Assembly: GCA_043228905.1 (NCBI GenBank)
Contig: JBHGNT010000015.1
Location: 1,054,001 to 1,118,000 of the forward strand
Direction: 5' to 3'
Origin: Azolla caroliniana
Taxonomy: Eukaryota; Plantae; Polypodiophyta
DNA length: 64,000 nucleotides
Part shown: piece by piece, positions 18,911 through 32,351 of the stretch
Layout of the letters: each line of letters begins with the position of its first letter
How positions within the stretch are numbered: position 1 is the stretch's first letter
Program-made: the position numbers and the translations under genes
Notes under the pieces: generated by a model
What the model saw: only the letters and a program-made list of their open reading frames with translations
Databases searched by the model: none
Told to the model about the DNA's origin: nothing

Positions 18911-19245
18911 CTGGGGTAAAAAAGCAAGGTACAAAAATTATTGTTAACCATAGGAAAACAAAATAATACGCTAAGATTGCTTGGCATCATAGAAACAAGA
19001 AATAATGGATGATGGTGCAACATGCAATATAGGAAGTTCCTTCACAACATCTTCCACAATATATAACTTTATTTAGTTTCCTATTGGGGTAAAAAAGCAA
19101 GCTGCAAAAATTATTGTTGGCCATTGCAAAAACAAAATAATATTCTAAGATCGCTTGGATCATAGAAACAAGAAATAATGGATGATCCTTCACAACATCT
19201 TCCATAATATATAACTTTATATAGTTTTCTATTGGTACAAAAAAC
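18911..19245. repeat. About 170-bp tandem duplication
   Basis: GGGGTAAAAAAGCAAG...CATAGAAACAAGAAATAATGGATGAT...CCTTCACAACATCTTCCA occurs twice. Confidence 0.75.
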
Positions 19246-20269
19246 ACATGGAAACCATTGCTTATGTTAGTAGGGTAAAAGATTCTTTAGCGGATAATGG
19301 GCTTGGACACCATTATTTTACCATCACATCATTAATGGCATCTTTAACTCAAATTGAAAGCAAAAGTCGAATCTTCTTTATAGCCAAATAGCTACATATA
19401 GTTAGTGGATAATTAGACCCATCTTAATTTTACATTATTTTAGCATTTTGTTGGTTTTAGTGAATAATTAGATCCATCTTTCTTTCACATTATTTTAATA
19501 TATTGTTGGTTTGACATTTGGAAACATAATTGAGAATATAATACTTCACCATAGGATTCCATGCTTCCCACTTTTAATAAAGGAAACACACACACATTAA
19601 GAACATGTGATGGGCTCATCATTGACATCCGCTTTGTGTAAACTACATGTTCTTTGCACACAAGAAATTTTGGGCATTGGGAAAGAAATCACACACCAAT
19701 AGATGATATATGGAGAACAAAATCACGACAAGATATTAGTGGATAGAATGACAAATTGAAAGATTTATGAGCATAACATTTCATAACAATTTGGTCGATT
19801 ATGTTTGATGTCAAATTAAAAAAATAAAAACTTTCTCATGAATAGAGGAATGCACTAAATCCTTATTAAATTTCCTTCCATATTTATGTGTGTATAAGGT
19901 GGTGTGGTATAGGGGGTACCCAAATTCTCACCTTGAACAAAATCACATCTCTTACCATGGAGTTGTGTAAAAGGCACGAGTGCATGAAAGGAGATAGAAC
20001 TTGAGTTTGTGTATGGTGGAGAACCATGAGTTTTAAGTACAAGAAATGAAACAAATCAGTTTAGCTATTTGTCATGAGGGGCCATTTGCTCAACAATGTA
20101 GTACTGGATAGACCTAATCGCTTGAAGAGTTGTCTGGAGGGGCCCCTCAATTTGATCCCCCACATGAAACACAATTACTCTACAAAGAGATGAATCAATG
20201 GTAAAGGTTTTAAAAAAGGCCAATGTTGGAGCAATCGTCACCATTAAATGCGTACATTGACATTTACGA

Positions 20270-20449
20270 TGGCTTACACAATGGCAATATTTCGAGCCAC
20301 AAAACCAACACCTACTTTTGTATTGTTTTTAAATACCAAAAAATGGCTTACACAATGGCCATGTTCCGAGCCGCAAAACCAATGCCTATATTTGTATTGT
20401 TTTTAAATACCACAAAATGGATGGTGTTGGCCACAATTATTTCCTAGTG
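20270..20449. mobile_element. Possible CACTA transposon end with subterminal repeats
   Basis: TTTCCTAGTG (reverse complement CACTAGGAAA) preceded by two ~74-bp direct repeats; partner end not securely identified. Confidence 0.3.
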
Positions 20450-20826
20450 GTTCTCGATTCGCAGCACAAGATGAAGATTTGAAAGGGATTACCGATCACG
20501 GTAACGAAATTTCTTCTGGGAAGTTTGCTCTTGCAGGCTCTCGAACCGATGATTGCATGGATTACACATCAAAAGGCAAAATAGAGGTGTTTGGGAGTTC
20601 TAGCTTGAAGGTTTACTCGATCAGGAAGTACTACGTAACAAAGATCTTCGGGTCTCAATCAGAGGAGAGTTTGGTAGTAAGGATTTTGTGGGGGGCATGG
20701 GGGGCCTTAGTGGCCGGTGGCCACCAAAAGGCTTCTTCTTTTTGTGGTGGTCAAAGCCGTGCACAGTGTGAAACCGTCCATATCCAAGCGTCTTCATCAT
20801 AAATTATAATTATATCCGCATATAAA

Positions 20827-23350
20827 ATGGTCCTTCACCCATTGATGATGCCACATCAGATGATCCCTGTTCCTCTAGCGGTGACTTCCAGCAGCAGCAG
20901 GAGAAGAGGAAGCAGCAGAGCTCCACAAAATTCGCCATCATTCTCTCAGGCATGCTCTCTTCCCTCTCTCTTTGTATGTATGTATGTATGTATGTTCTTA
21001 TGTATGTATGTATGTATGTATGTATGTTATGTATGTTCTTATGTATGTATGTTATGTATGTTCATCAGTATGTATGTATGTATGTATGTATGTTCTTATG
21101 TATGTATGTATGTATGTATGTTCTTATGTATGTATGTATGTATGTATGTATGTATGTATGTATGTATGTATGTATGTATGTATGTATGTTATGTATGTTC
21201 TTATGTATGTATGTTATGTATGTTCATCAGTATGTATGTATGTATGTATGTATGTTATGTATGTTCTTATGTATGTATGTTATGTATGTTCATCAGTATG
21301 TATGTATGTATGTATGTATGTATGTATGTACGTTCATCTGTATGTATGTATGCATGTATTTATGTATGTAAGGTGGAGAAACAAAACCATGAAAGAACAT
21401 GGCTGGAACTCAATTCAGAGATCCTTCTTCTTTTGAGATTTTGCTTTTTGAAAGTAGGCTTAATCTCAATCTTTATTCAACAACCATTCGTGACAATCGT
21501 TTTCCAAAGGGAGATTGATTATGTATGTGCTGCAAAAATATTCCAGTGCTTGGGAAATAAAATGGTGCCGTAATTGTTTTTCTTGGAAGTTGCCAATTCG
21601 AGGTTTGATGTAAATGAAGCACATTTTGTTGGGACCTATGTGCATTTTTCATTCTAAATTCCTATACAATTCTGTTTATAAAACTCCCTCGGAATATATG
21701 CATTTTGATTCTAAATTCTCCAAAATGATCTGTTCATATTTCAAAATTTCAGGCTCGTAAACAAAGACATGGATTGATGTTCTGAGGATTGAAATTTCCT
21801 GAAGTTTATTGAGATATATTGTAGACCCTTGAGATTCCTTTTTTTGACTATGTTTACAGGCAAATAGGGCACCTCCTAGTGGTCTGTATTGTGCACAATC
21901 ATCTCCTCGTCCTCGAGCTGTTGGAATTGATGAACATGAAGCTGCCATGGCCGCCCGAGATCGGCTTGATGTGAAGTTCCGTACATCGGGCCTTATTAAC
22001 CGCAGGTAAATGGATCTCTATTGCAAGATGATACTGGCATTTGTACATGCATGCGCACTTACATGCACACATGCATGTACGCACATACCTACTTCTACAT
22101 GCTCATGTTATGTGTACATGCGAATAAATTTATATATATACAAATACATGATCTGTAATTTAGAACAGCAAGGTAAATGGATCTCTATTGCAAGATGATA
22201 CTGGCATTTGTACATGCATGCGCACTTACATACACACATGCATGTACGCACATACCTACTTCTACATGCTCATGTTATGTGTACATGCGAATAAATTTAT
22301 ATATATACAAATACATGATCTGTAATTTAGAACAGCAAGCCTTGTTGGCTTGTTACAGCACTCTCTGTTCCAATAAAACACATACATATTGTATATGTCT
22401 ATGCATAAATATTTACGTATAGAGCACATACATACATGTGGACAATTTGAGAGGACACTTATATGCATGTATATATCTTGTGCATACCATTTAAACAGCT
22501 GTGGGGATGGAGTTCTTTCCCATTGTCTTTTTATATGAATGTTTCCCTCAGCATTTGCTCCATCGAAGAGGTCAGCTGCATACGTACTCATACATGAATG
22601 TTGTCCTCTGCATTTACTCCATCGAAGAGGATACCTACATACATATACATATGCATGCGTACTTTAGTGTGCGTATGCACATATGTAAATACACTCTCGT
22701 AGGAGACTTCAGGTGTTTAGCATTTAGAAATATATGCAGACAGTTTTTTACTCGTTTATGCTCTCTTGATATCTAGGTTGTCTTCAACAACTCCACAACC
22801 CAACCATACACTGATTGCATCGTCCAATGCAAGAGTTCATCCTTCATCATCTCTCCATCAGAAAGTGTTCCCTCCATGTGCTGGAGCAGCGTTCACATCA
22901 CGTGATCGTAAGTTGAGAATGAAAGCCCCTATTGTGTGTGAGACATCATCACACATACGAAATGCAAGGAGTTCCGTATCCGATGTATGTATTTCCAACA
23001 AAGGAGGAGAAAGAACAATAAGAAGCCCATCAATAACATCTACCTTGGATAATGATATAAGGTCGGATTCCATAGATGCAGTTGAGAGCTCTACCTCAAG
23101 TAACCGTGGAAATTTGGTTTTTGGAGTAGATCTCGGAGATTGCTCCATTTGTCTTGAGAGCTTTTCGGAGGATAAAGCTTTCATATGCTTGCCTTGTAAC
23201 CATAGATTTCACACAACTTGTTTAGGTGCTTGGTTGAAGAAGCATTCACAATGTCCTAATTGTAGAAGTAATGTGCCTAAGGTTGGAAATCTTGTACAGT
23301 GTTGTATCATATCGAATGAAACCATATACAGAAATAAGCAGGAACTTTGA
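20827..23350 (+). CDS. RING-H2 E3 ubiquitin ligase, RHY1A-like, 3 exons
   Basis: Exons about 20827-20949 (GC donor, or GT donor at 20974), 21860-22005 (DEHEAAMAARDRLDVKFR, like the RHY1A-type AREAKxRLDxRLR motif), 22777-23350 with CSICLESF...LPCNHRFHTTCLGAWLKKHSQCPNC. Exon 1 is less certain. Confidence 0.8.
20974..21368. repeat. Compound (TATG)n microsatellite with higher-order ~60-bp units
   Basis: TATG runs punctuated by recurring TTCT and TTCATCAG insertions. Confidence 0.92.
22004..22339. repeat. Near-perfect 167-bp tandem duplication starting at the exon-2 donor of the RING gene
   Basis: AGGTAAATGGATCTCTATTGCAAG at 22004 and 22171; copies nearly identical. Confidence 0.92.
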
Positions 23351-24278
23351 GAAGTCTTATTATAGTGGTATGGGAACATTTCAAATTACCTGCTGAAATA
23401 GTGAAGTTTAATATGATTCAGATTTGGCTATTAAAGCATCTAGATCCAACAATGTTCTATACAAGAACATCGTTATCAACTTATGAGTTGGGAGCTTCAA
23501 TTTACACAAGTATAAACATGCCTCGAGAATATTGGTGACCACTAATTACAAAAATATTGGTGACTGAATCATCTGGTTACTAAGAAGATGAAGATGCTAC
23601 CAATTTTACAAGTTACCTTGTAACAGCACTTTACATTAGCTCTAAATAATGGGCATAGGAGACAGAATTAACTCAAAAATTGATTCAATTTCTCATTACC
23701 TCTGTCTACATAATGTTTATAGGATGAAAGTTAAAATCTTGACAAGTTGCCTTGTTTCAGCCCTTCACGTTGGCTCTAAATAATGGGTATAGAAGGTTGA
23801 GAATTTAACTAGATAATGGATTCAAATTTGCATAACCTCTTATGCCTATAGGAGGTCGATTCAAGAGTAACCATGGAAAGTTAAACAACTTATTTAATAC
23901 ATATGTCATAGTCAAATCAACAAAAAACTGAACATTGATGACACTTTTTGGTTTTTATATATTTGTATCATGGTTTGATACTCTCTAGCATTGTTTGGCC
24001 TGAATAGCTTGAAGCCCCTCATCCCATAGGCATTAATTCAACAAATTATTACATTTTTCCATCAAATGTATCTTGGCAATAAATTTTGCCTTATTATTTA
24101 AGCATGTTGTAGCCCATAATGTTTAGCCACTTTTTGCAGATTGCTAAAAAACACATCCCATGCTACACATCCCTCAACTTGAACATGTTCCATAAATGCA
24201 ACCAATAATTTTCCATGTATCTATGGAACACTACATGATGGAGAAAAGATGAGTTAAATCTCATTGTGAGTTTTTGCA

Positions 24279-24575
24279 TAATGTCATGAAATCGAGCCGA
24301 GCCATCAATTGTTGAAAAAATTAATACGAGAGGGAAACGATTGGACACAACTTGGCATATCCAATACATTTCGCAAGAAATAATGTCATGAAATTAAGCC
24401 ATCAATTGTTGAGAAAAATAATACAAGAAGGAAACGATTAGACAAGACTTGGCATATCCAATACATTTCACAAGAAATAATATCATGAAATCGAGCCATC
24501 AATTGTTGAGAAAATTAATACGAGAAGGAAACGATTGGACAAGACTTGGCATATCCAATACATTTCACAAGAAAT
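24279..24575. repeat. About 97-bp tandem repeat x3
   Basis: TCATGAAAT..AGCCATCAATTGTTGA...GGAAACGATT.GAC..ACTTGGCATATCCAATACATTTC occurs three times. Confidence 0.88.
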
Positions 24576-25249
24576 TGTAATTATGCATTATCTACATTTG
24601 ATCTAACTTGCTCCATGTAGATTGAAATTTGTATCCAAGAATCATCCCATGAATCCACTCGCATGGATCACCTTTCAAGACCAACCTCAAATTGCTCCCA
24701 TGCTTGTACTTCTTGGTCATCCATCAAAGGGTGTGGGGATGTGGATTGGTCCACATGAGGAATTTTGTTGAAGTAGATAACAAATCACTTGATGGTTGTA
24801 TTTGTTTACGTTTATCCCAAGGAGTATTTACCCTACACTTATAAAATGTTAACCTCTTTGGGGAGTTGTCAAAAAGACTACGTATCTTGTTGTTCCATGA
24901 ACCACAATGCTCCCCGTCATTTTCTTATTGTCACACATTTTATTCATCCCACATTGATTATTTTGCTTTGTCATTTGAAAATATACACTTCATGGGTTTG
25001 AATCTTCTATGGTCAGTTTACTTTTCTCCTCATGTCACCATGGTCACTCGATTGTCCCACTAGAGTCTACTCTCACAAGATGATCCTCCATTACCATTTT
25101 AACGACATGAGAAAACATTATGAGGCCTATGCAAGTTTAAGAATAATTTGCTATGCTTCATCATTGAAGATTAACATGCTTAACATGCATAAATAAGTTC
25201 TCACCTCATGTACAAAGAGATACTTAGATGATCTTGGTTGAATAGGGGT

Positions 25250-25700
25250 GATAGTACAACTTGGTATGATTTGTTGTGATTCAAGCTATCCTATTGGTTA
25301 GGATGTGCTTGATGTGAAAATCCTAGATTGGATATCCACGCGAATTGTAGACAAATTTATGTATTGGAAATCACAACCTTGGTTGTTTCATGTTTGACTA
25401 AAAGTTATCCAATAAATGATGATTCCTATGGTATCAAATTATTTAGTATGGTCTCCTTGGTCTAGAAAGACTATCGAGAAGTTAGCAACCTCAATGTGGT
25501 TCAAATTATCGAAGATGAAAGAAAGATCATGCCTTAGGTGGCATGGAGTCATATTTGTACTCCAAAAAGACATAGTCGAATAGCACTTTTAAATCAATAC
25601 AAACATATGGTGGCTCAAAGATTCTCTTTTCTTAAGACTATGTTTGAGGGACAAATGTGGGTAGAAATTATCACTTGATTGAGAAAGGTGTCAAGTATGG
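25250..25700 (+). mobile_element. Degenerate L1-type LINE ORF2 fragment
   Basis: Reads YPIG..V.DVKILDWISTRIVDKFMYWKSQPW...MIPMV and VAWSHICTPK..IALLN, typical of the post-RT region of plant L1; has stops and frameshifts. Confidence 0.55.
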
Positions 25701-26295
25701 AAAGACGAAGATTGTAGCCTCTTTGTGTCCTGTGATAAATAGTGATGGAAAAAAGTGTGAGAAAGGGTAATGATTATGTTTGGCAATGGCTTTAAAACAT
25801 TAACAAACTTCCTACAAGTCAGTGATAGTGGAGGATGCCAATCATAGATTCCTTGCATGCTTAGTTATTGTAGTATATCGTCATTGATCCAATTTTGTGC
25901 TTATTCACTTGATCAGTTCCAACCCAACCATTCCAATATTCCTTTTCAACCCGATTACCAAATCATGGGGGTGATTATTTTGTGGAGGGAGCTTTGTTTA
26001 AACTATAATTTAAACTTCATGTTAATGTCCAAAAGATGCTTCTACTTGGAGAGTTGGCCCAAATACTAAGGTGATTTGGGTTGTTATTCCCAACTTTGGG
26101 CATTGTCCACTAGGGATGTTTTGTCACCCTTTCAGTGGGCTTTCATTAAGGGAGCAAGAGAATTACCCCACCATCATATAAGTTTGTTTTCAACTACCTT
26201 AGGTATTGGGGTATCTGGCACAATTAGAGTTTGAGAAACTTGTTATACTAAGGATAGTCAGGGTATTTTGTAAACATACATTTGAGAGCCCAGAT

Positions 26296-26364
26296 GGATG
26301 TAGCTCAGTTGGTAAGGTTGCCCAATGGAGACCAGGTGGTCATGGGTTCAACCCCTACATTCCA
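26296..26364 (+). mobile_element. tRNA-derived element (SINE head or tRNA pseudogene)
   Basis: A-box TAGCTCAGTTGG, B-box GGTTCAACCC, ends partly complementary (GGATGTAG...CTACATTCC); no convincing anticodon arm. Confidence 0.5.
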
Positions 26365-26404
26365 CAACTAGAGAATTAAGAGTATATGAAGTATATAATA
26401 GAGA

Positions 26405-26475
26405 GGTGAGGAAATTGGGTTTCAAACCCATGACACAGTGCTTGTAGTGTTAACAACTTACCACTAGGGTAACGT
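26405..26475 (-). mobile_element. Second tRNA-derived element, opposite orientation
   Basis: Minus strand CCTAGTGGTAAG...GTCATGGGTTTGAAACCC (A/B-box-like). Confidence 0.35.
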
Positions 26476-27556
26476 AATTACGAAAGAGAGAGAGAGAGAG
26501 AGATCGAAAGTAGCATGCAATATACATGCACAAGTATCTAGGGACATTAAAACACTACAAGTATGAGATGTTCATAGAAATGTGTCTCTTTTGTTATTGT
26601 TGCACGAGGTTGTTATTCCACCTCATGCTAGCTCAAGATGCTCAACAAATGGTCCGCTCTATGGTTCTATTGGACATTCGCTCAAGGATGCTCGAAGTTA
26701 CACAAACTATTGTCAGATTTTTTATGTTGTGATTTAATTAGACTAAGAAACTATAAAGAACCTTTGCATTTACTATATTGACTAGTTCGAAACAAATGTA
26801 ATTTAATCAACAAAGTTGAACTACATCACGTGTAGATTTATGCATTTCTTATTTGTATATACAATAATACACCTATGCAAACATGCATATTTTTTACAAT
26901 GACTTGTTGCACCACACATCCATTCCACACCAAATGACTTATCAACGCGAATACATACACATGTACACATGGCCAAGGTAGTTCTTCTTTTGGATTGCAT
27001 GCTAGGAAATAAACATACAAGGGAATTTTGGAGTGGCTCTTAATGTAATTTTGTATGTGTGTAATTAGTGGTATCCTACTCTAGTTGTGGATAGGTTCAT
27101 TTAACTAATGAATGTATCACCATGTGACACCTTTAATATCTACTAGTACAGAACAAAGATGTAACATACAAAATATGGTGATTACATTTGTCCTGTTGAG
27201 ACCATCATGTGATGATCATGTCAAAAAAGTGGGGTTTACACATATGTGAGTTAGGTACATGCTTGATGGAGTGAACAATTAACACCACACTTGGAGGGGT
27301 ACAAACTAAAATGCATGAGGTGAAAGTTATGCTTAGTAGGTTTGTCACTCATCAAGGGTGTTATTCTAGGAAGGTTGTGCTAAAAGGTGATTATATATAC
27401 ATATATTAAGATATATTTCGTTGGGGACGAAGCTCTATGGAACTGAATATATACGTGTGTGGTGTGTGTGTCCTATGATAGAAACTTGGAATTTCAAAAG
27501 ATCTTCTTTCTTATAAATGCCATATATGCTATCATCTATGAGGGTTTTGTGCTTCA

Positions 27557-28294
27557 ATGCCTAAAGAAACTTTTACTTTTCAACGTTGCCAACATTGTCA
27601 TCATAATTCTACATACAATGACAATGTCACTGTAAATTGGGTAAATACGATTTTTTGCAAGTATGGTGTTGGTGTTCTTCTTGTTATTTTCTTGATTAGT
27701 CTTTTGGGACTACATGATAACAATCCAAGTGTGAAAGCTCGACCTATAAAGGCATTACCAAACTTGTCACCAGTGAATGTTCCTGAGTTTCCTTGGTGGG
27801 CACTTCCAATTCCAAGCAAAACAATGCCATGGATGAATAACAGTGGCATGCCTCACTTCCCCATATTGGACAATCTCTTCTTATTGTTAAAGGCATCTGA
27901 CTTGTGCTTCAATTGCACAATATTTGTTTCACTCGACACAACATTGGATGTTGGCAACAACACAGAAGATTCACACTTTCCCACAACAACAATGAGCTTT
28001 CACCTTCTACAATATCAAGTTGTACCTTTTCATTTGCGATTTGATACTATTGCTCTCATGCCCATGGCATTTCGAATCCCTTCCTTTGTTAATGGATCTT
28101 ATCTACTTATTACTGATAGTGCTTCCACCGCAATGCCATCAAATTCCTCAACAACCTCACCTCAACATATGCAAGTTTCCATAAACTATCAAGGTATATT
28201 AGCCCCAGACTTCTTGGTGTCAGACACGTTAGTTGTTCATGGCATCACTGGCTTCTTATCCCCTTTCATTCTAGATATTCCTTTCCCCACATGA
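27557..28294 (+). CDS. FAS1 (fasciclin) domain protein, fasciclin-like AGP family, 245 aa, intronless
   Basis: Hydrophobic N-terminal segment; H1-like CTIFVSLD, LLQYQVVP, H2-like VVHGITGFL; PDFLV motif. Confidence 0.8.
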   Translation: MPKETFTFQRCQHCHHNSTYNDNVTVNWVNTIFCKYGVGVLLVIFLISLLGLHDNNPSVKARPIKALPNLSPVNVPEFPWWALPIPSKTMPWMNNSGMPHFPILDNLFLLLKASDLCFNCTIFVSLDTTLDVGNNTEDSHFPTTTMSFHLLQYQVVPFHLRFDTIALMPMAFRIPSFVNGSYLLITDSASTAMPSNSSTTSPQHMQVSINYQGILAPDFLVSDTLVVHGITGFLSPFILDIPFPT

Positions 28295-29927
28295 AAGTGT
28301 ACTCCTCACAACCCTTGTTATATCAACAACTTGATAAATCCTTTATTTTTATTTTTACCTTCCAAGCTAACATTGATATATGGCTTCTAAACGCTAATCT
28401 ATATTCGACATTAACATTTTCAATCACAAGAATGACGGTGAATGTTACCTTATTATAATTTTAAGGTACAAAAGTATTTGGAACACACTATTTGGAAGCA
28501 TGACATCCTTTATTGCGGGCATTGTAATGTTTAGGTAGCCTCTAAACCATTTGTGTAAGTATTCATAGTCATTAAGGACATGACCATGATTTGCTTGAAT
28601 TAAATGTTTTATATAAGTCGAATCAAATTTTCAGATACCAAATGGCCTCCTAAAGAAATACTACTCACTAGTAAAATGTTTTCACTAAGTTGCAAATATT
28701 TATCTTAGACAATATTTCCATGTTCCCATTTGCTTTATGTAACCAACAACATATTCAGAATACATAGTCCTAGAGGGCTCACTCGTTCGTTCATGGAGAA
28801 AGGCATAAACCGTCCATTTTAGATCACATACACACAATACCTAAAGATAAATATATTCTTGTATCACAATTTATTCTCTTTTGTTGAAAATATTATTACA
28901 TGCTATGAAAAAACCACCTATCTAACAAGTACTTTCATTCACATGATATGCCAAACATTGAACTTATGATTCTATCATTGTTCACTTTGCCCTTGTGGAC
29001 CATGCCATCGTTGTCCATTGTTGCCATTTCTTTTTCTTGTAAGACTGAAAACCTTTAACAAGTGTAAGAAAATGTATTAGTAATGCTCTAATTCCTTCAC
29101 TTATATTAAGAACTGTTAACAAGCTCTCACAAGAACATACATTATGCTCACTCATCTTTCAGTAATGCAGCACCCATGGTCACTTAATTGTTGAACAATG
29201 CAGCATCCATGCATGCTTCCTTGCTCCTCTCATGAGGCCTTTCACATCAAAACTACAATGCCAATAAGAGATCAATATCCCACATAATCTGCCATCAGAT
29301 TGACACCATGGAGCACCCATGATGCATTAGGTATCGGTATTCACTAACAAAAACATTTGGCCAGTCTCCACTGATTGACTCTCCTTGTCAAGAGTTACAA
29401 CAAATCAAGAAGACAAATTGAACATAAGAATGGGAGGGATGTGCATACAATCAGGCACATGGCCCTGTATGCAAAATTCGATAGGCATTAATAATGTTCA
29501 TCCTTCAGTTTGGAAATAAGCTGCAATAGCAAGTGAAGGATACTGCAAAGTAATGATAAGCTTACAGATTATAGTCGAAGATAACAAAGAAATGCTGGAA
29601 ACTGAAGCTTTTACAAGAAGAATGAAATATATTATTTACAAACTGCAGCCTCATCATATAGCATGAAACATACAATATTTCCAATGTATAAGGCATCCCA
29701 TCATATCATTTCCTATAGCATGAAACATGCATGATATTCCAGTGCATAAATAATCCCATCATACAGCATGAAACATACATTCTTTTCATGTCAAAAATCT
29801 GATGATAAAAATAGCACCCACATCATTTAGTCTACCTCATCAGACTATTGATACTGATATGAAGGGGACAATGAGAAAAAAGATGTGTCATTGCCAAATA
29901 ATCATTAAATTCAAAGGAGAATCTGGT

Positions 29928-32255
29928 CTATTTAAAACCAAGAGGGTACTCTGGTCGGATGGTAGGCTTTCCCAACACTAGGACATCATCCTCAATTTTC
30001 TTCCATCGTAATGCTTCTTCCTTTTGGCGAACAACCTCGTGTTCTCGAAACCTGTCTTCCTCCTCCCTCTTCTGCTCCATAGCTGCTTTTCTCTGTGCTT
30101 CTTCTATCTTTCTCCTGTTCTCCTCAAGCATACGATCAAGTTCCTCCCTCTCCCTCCGAGCTTGCTCCTATCAGAAAAGCAAATCATTCATGTTCTTAGT
30201 TTGAGGTTATTGCAAGTCACACTTAACACTTCACTGACACTTCTGCCCTAAAGACAATATCTTTACATATTCAGATTCCACAACCCAAGGTTGGGTACAG
30301 AGCGATAACATTGCCTTATAAAATACTCTGATATTGATCACATTTGCACATAAGTAACATCATTCATGGGTTAATATCAAGTGAAACAACCTGAAATGTT
30401 CACTAAATGTGGCAGTTCTTCAAAGAGAATTAAATGTATCAGTTGGAAAGTATTTTCTGATAGAGTTTTTACCTCTTTCTTTCGGGCTTCATCCAGAGCT
30501 GCTATCTTCTCCAATTCAAGTTGCTTGTTCACATTGTCAAACAATCTTTTCTTGCCATCTTCAAATTTCTTCATAATCCGTTGCTTCACTTCATCTGAAG
30601 TAATGGCTTCTTCCACTTTCTTTCTAATTGCTTCTTCCACCCTTAGTGCCGTCGCCTCCTCCAGGAGCCTAAGTTCTGCTTCTTTCTCTTGTCTAACCGA
30701 ATCATTTAGATAATTTTCAGATAAACAATAAATAGTATCTATCATTACAGATAGTTTGGACAGAAAACAATAGACAAGTTCCAAGTAAGAAAACATGGAA
30801 CTAATACTCACTTCCTTTTTTCCAACTCTTCTCTTTTAGCTTGCTTCTCTTGTGAATCTTTCTTATCTTTATCTGATGAAACCAAACTCGGACTGCAAGA
30901 TCTAGATTTTGAAACTTCTTTGCTTCTGTGTCTTTTTGACCTCCTATCAGAGGGGGATCGGCTTTTTCTTCTTCTGAGAGACAGAAAATATTTAGCAGTA
31001 GTGTTCAATGACCAAAAAGGACAGTATTAACATGTTGATAAAGGGCCTCAGAGACAAAAGTTTCTTTCTTTCACATTCACCTCCTCTTCTCTGTATCATC
31101 TGCCTTTCCACGTTTTCCACGTGAGAGATGCTTGTCAGAGAGAGTCACCACACTGGGGCTTTGAGACCTGGACACTGATGAGCTTCTACTTCGGTTCCTT
31201 CTTGATTTCCTATCAGATGGAGATCGTGTTCTCCTTCTGTCCCAAAATCAGATTTATTGAAAGAAAGAAGTATGGATAATAATGTTATAAATAGATATCT
31301 GCTTTAATATTTGTTTACCTCCTTTCTACTCTTCTTTCATGTTTATCACGAGAACGCCTACTAGGACTTCTCGATCTAGAGTTCGAGTTGCTTCGACTCC
31401 GATATTTCCTTAACCTCCTTGATGATGGAGATCGGCTTCTTCTTCTAATGGAAAAGAGAGAAAATATTACAACATAAATTACAACGACAATCATCATTCA
31501 GCTTTCCATAACTGAGCTCACTGTGCACACAGATTGACAGACAAATTATTCCAATTTCCAACTCTGCCATACTTTTGAGTTGTGAGCACATCTCCATTTT
31601 CACAGATATGAGAAGTTGTATAAATCTAAAAACGGTTACAAGGATACCACAACGATTTCATTCACTCAACTCGGTTATACTTCACCATTGCAAACACATT
31701 ACCAGCAACTTGCTAATGAAAGAGAGATAGCTTCTACATATTTTTCAATTTAAAGAAGAATTAAAGAACGAACACACAGGAAAAGTGCACAAATTCTCCA
31801 ATGAATCACGTACTAAAAACACCACAAAAGACTTAAGATGAAGAAAATGTAAGTTCATTACAGTTCTATAGAAAATCCTTTACCAGTGTTTTTGCAGTTT
31901 TAGTTTTTCGGCGCATAGAGATTCTTCACCAGCCTGCAATTTTTCTCTTTGTGGACGACCACAAAATCTGTCTTAAGAGACTGTTTCTTGTTTTGTTTTG
32001 GTTTCCTTCGTTGACAATGACGACAGAGAGAAACAGAGAAATGACAACACACCTGCTGCTGCGGCGATGGCGAGATTCAGGTGATCGGCTGCTTCTACGA
32101 TAGCTTCTTCGTTGCCTGCTTCGGCTTCGGCTTCGGCTTCGACTTCGACTTCTAGTTCTGCTCCTTCTGTGGCGATGCCTGGGAGGAGATGGAGATGAAG
32201 GTCTCCTCCTTCTTGCTCTGCTCGAGGGGGAAGACGGGGATGGAGACCTCGGCAT
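29928..32255 (-). CDS. Arginine/glutamate-rich protein (ARGLU1/At1g10890-like) with RS-rich N-terminus, 6 exons
   Basis: Exons 32255-32053, 31444-31319, 31236-31081, 30973-30812, 30692-30473, 30167-29928; motifs EAELRLLEEATALRVEEAIRKKVEE and MLEENRRKIEEAQRK. Confidence 0.9.
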
Positions 32256-32311
32256 GGAGATGGCTTCTTCTTCGTTGCCGTCTTCTTCTTTCTTCCAGCT
32301 GACGACGCAGC

Positions 32312-32351
32312 AAACCCTAATCCAGCTTTCGCCACGCGCAGCAAACCCTAA
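32312..32351. promoter_or_regulatory. Two telo-boxes upstream of the ARGLU1-like gene
   Basis: AAACCCTAA at 32312 and 32343, within 100 bp of the ATG. Confidence 0.45.

Noticed and set aside
20952-21573. Long MYVC-repeat ORFs in three frames (also 248-547 and 33903-34110)
   Set aside because: Translation of stop-free (TATG)n microsatellites, not independent genes
26296-26364. Functional tRNA gene
   Set aside because: Anticodon arm and acceptor stem do not pair properly; treated as a tRNA-derived element
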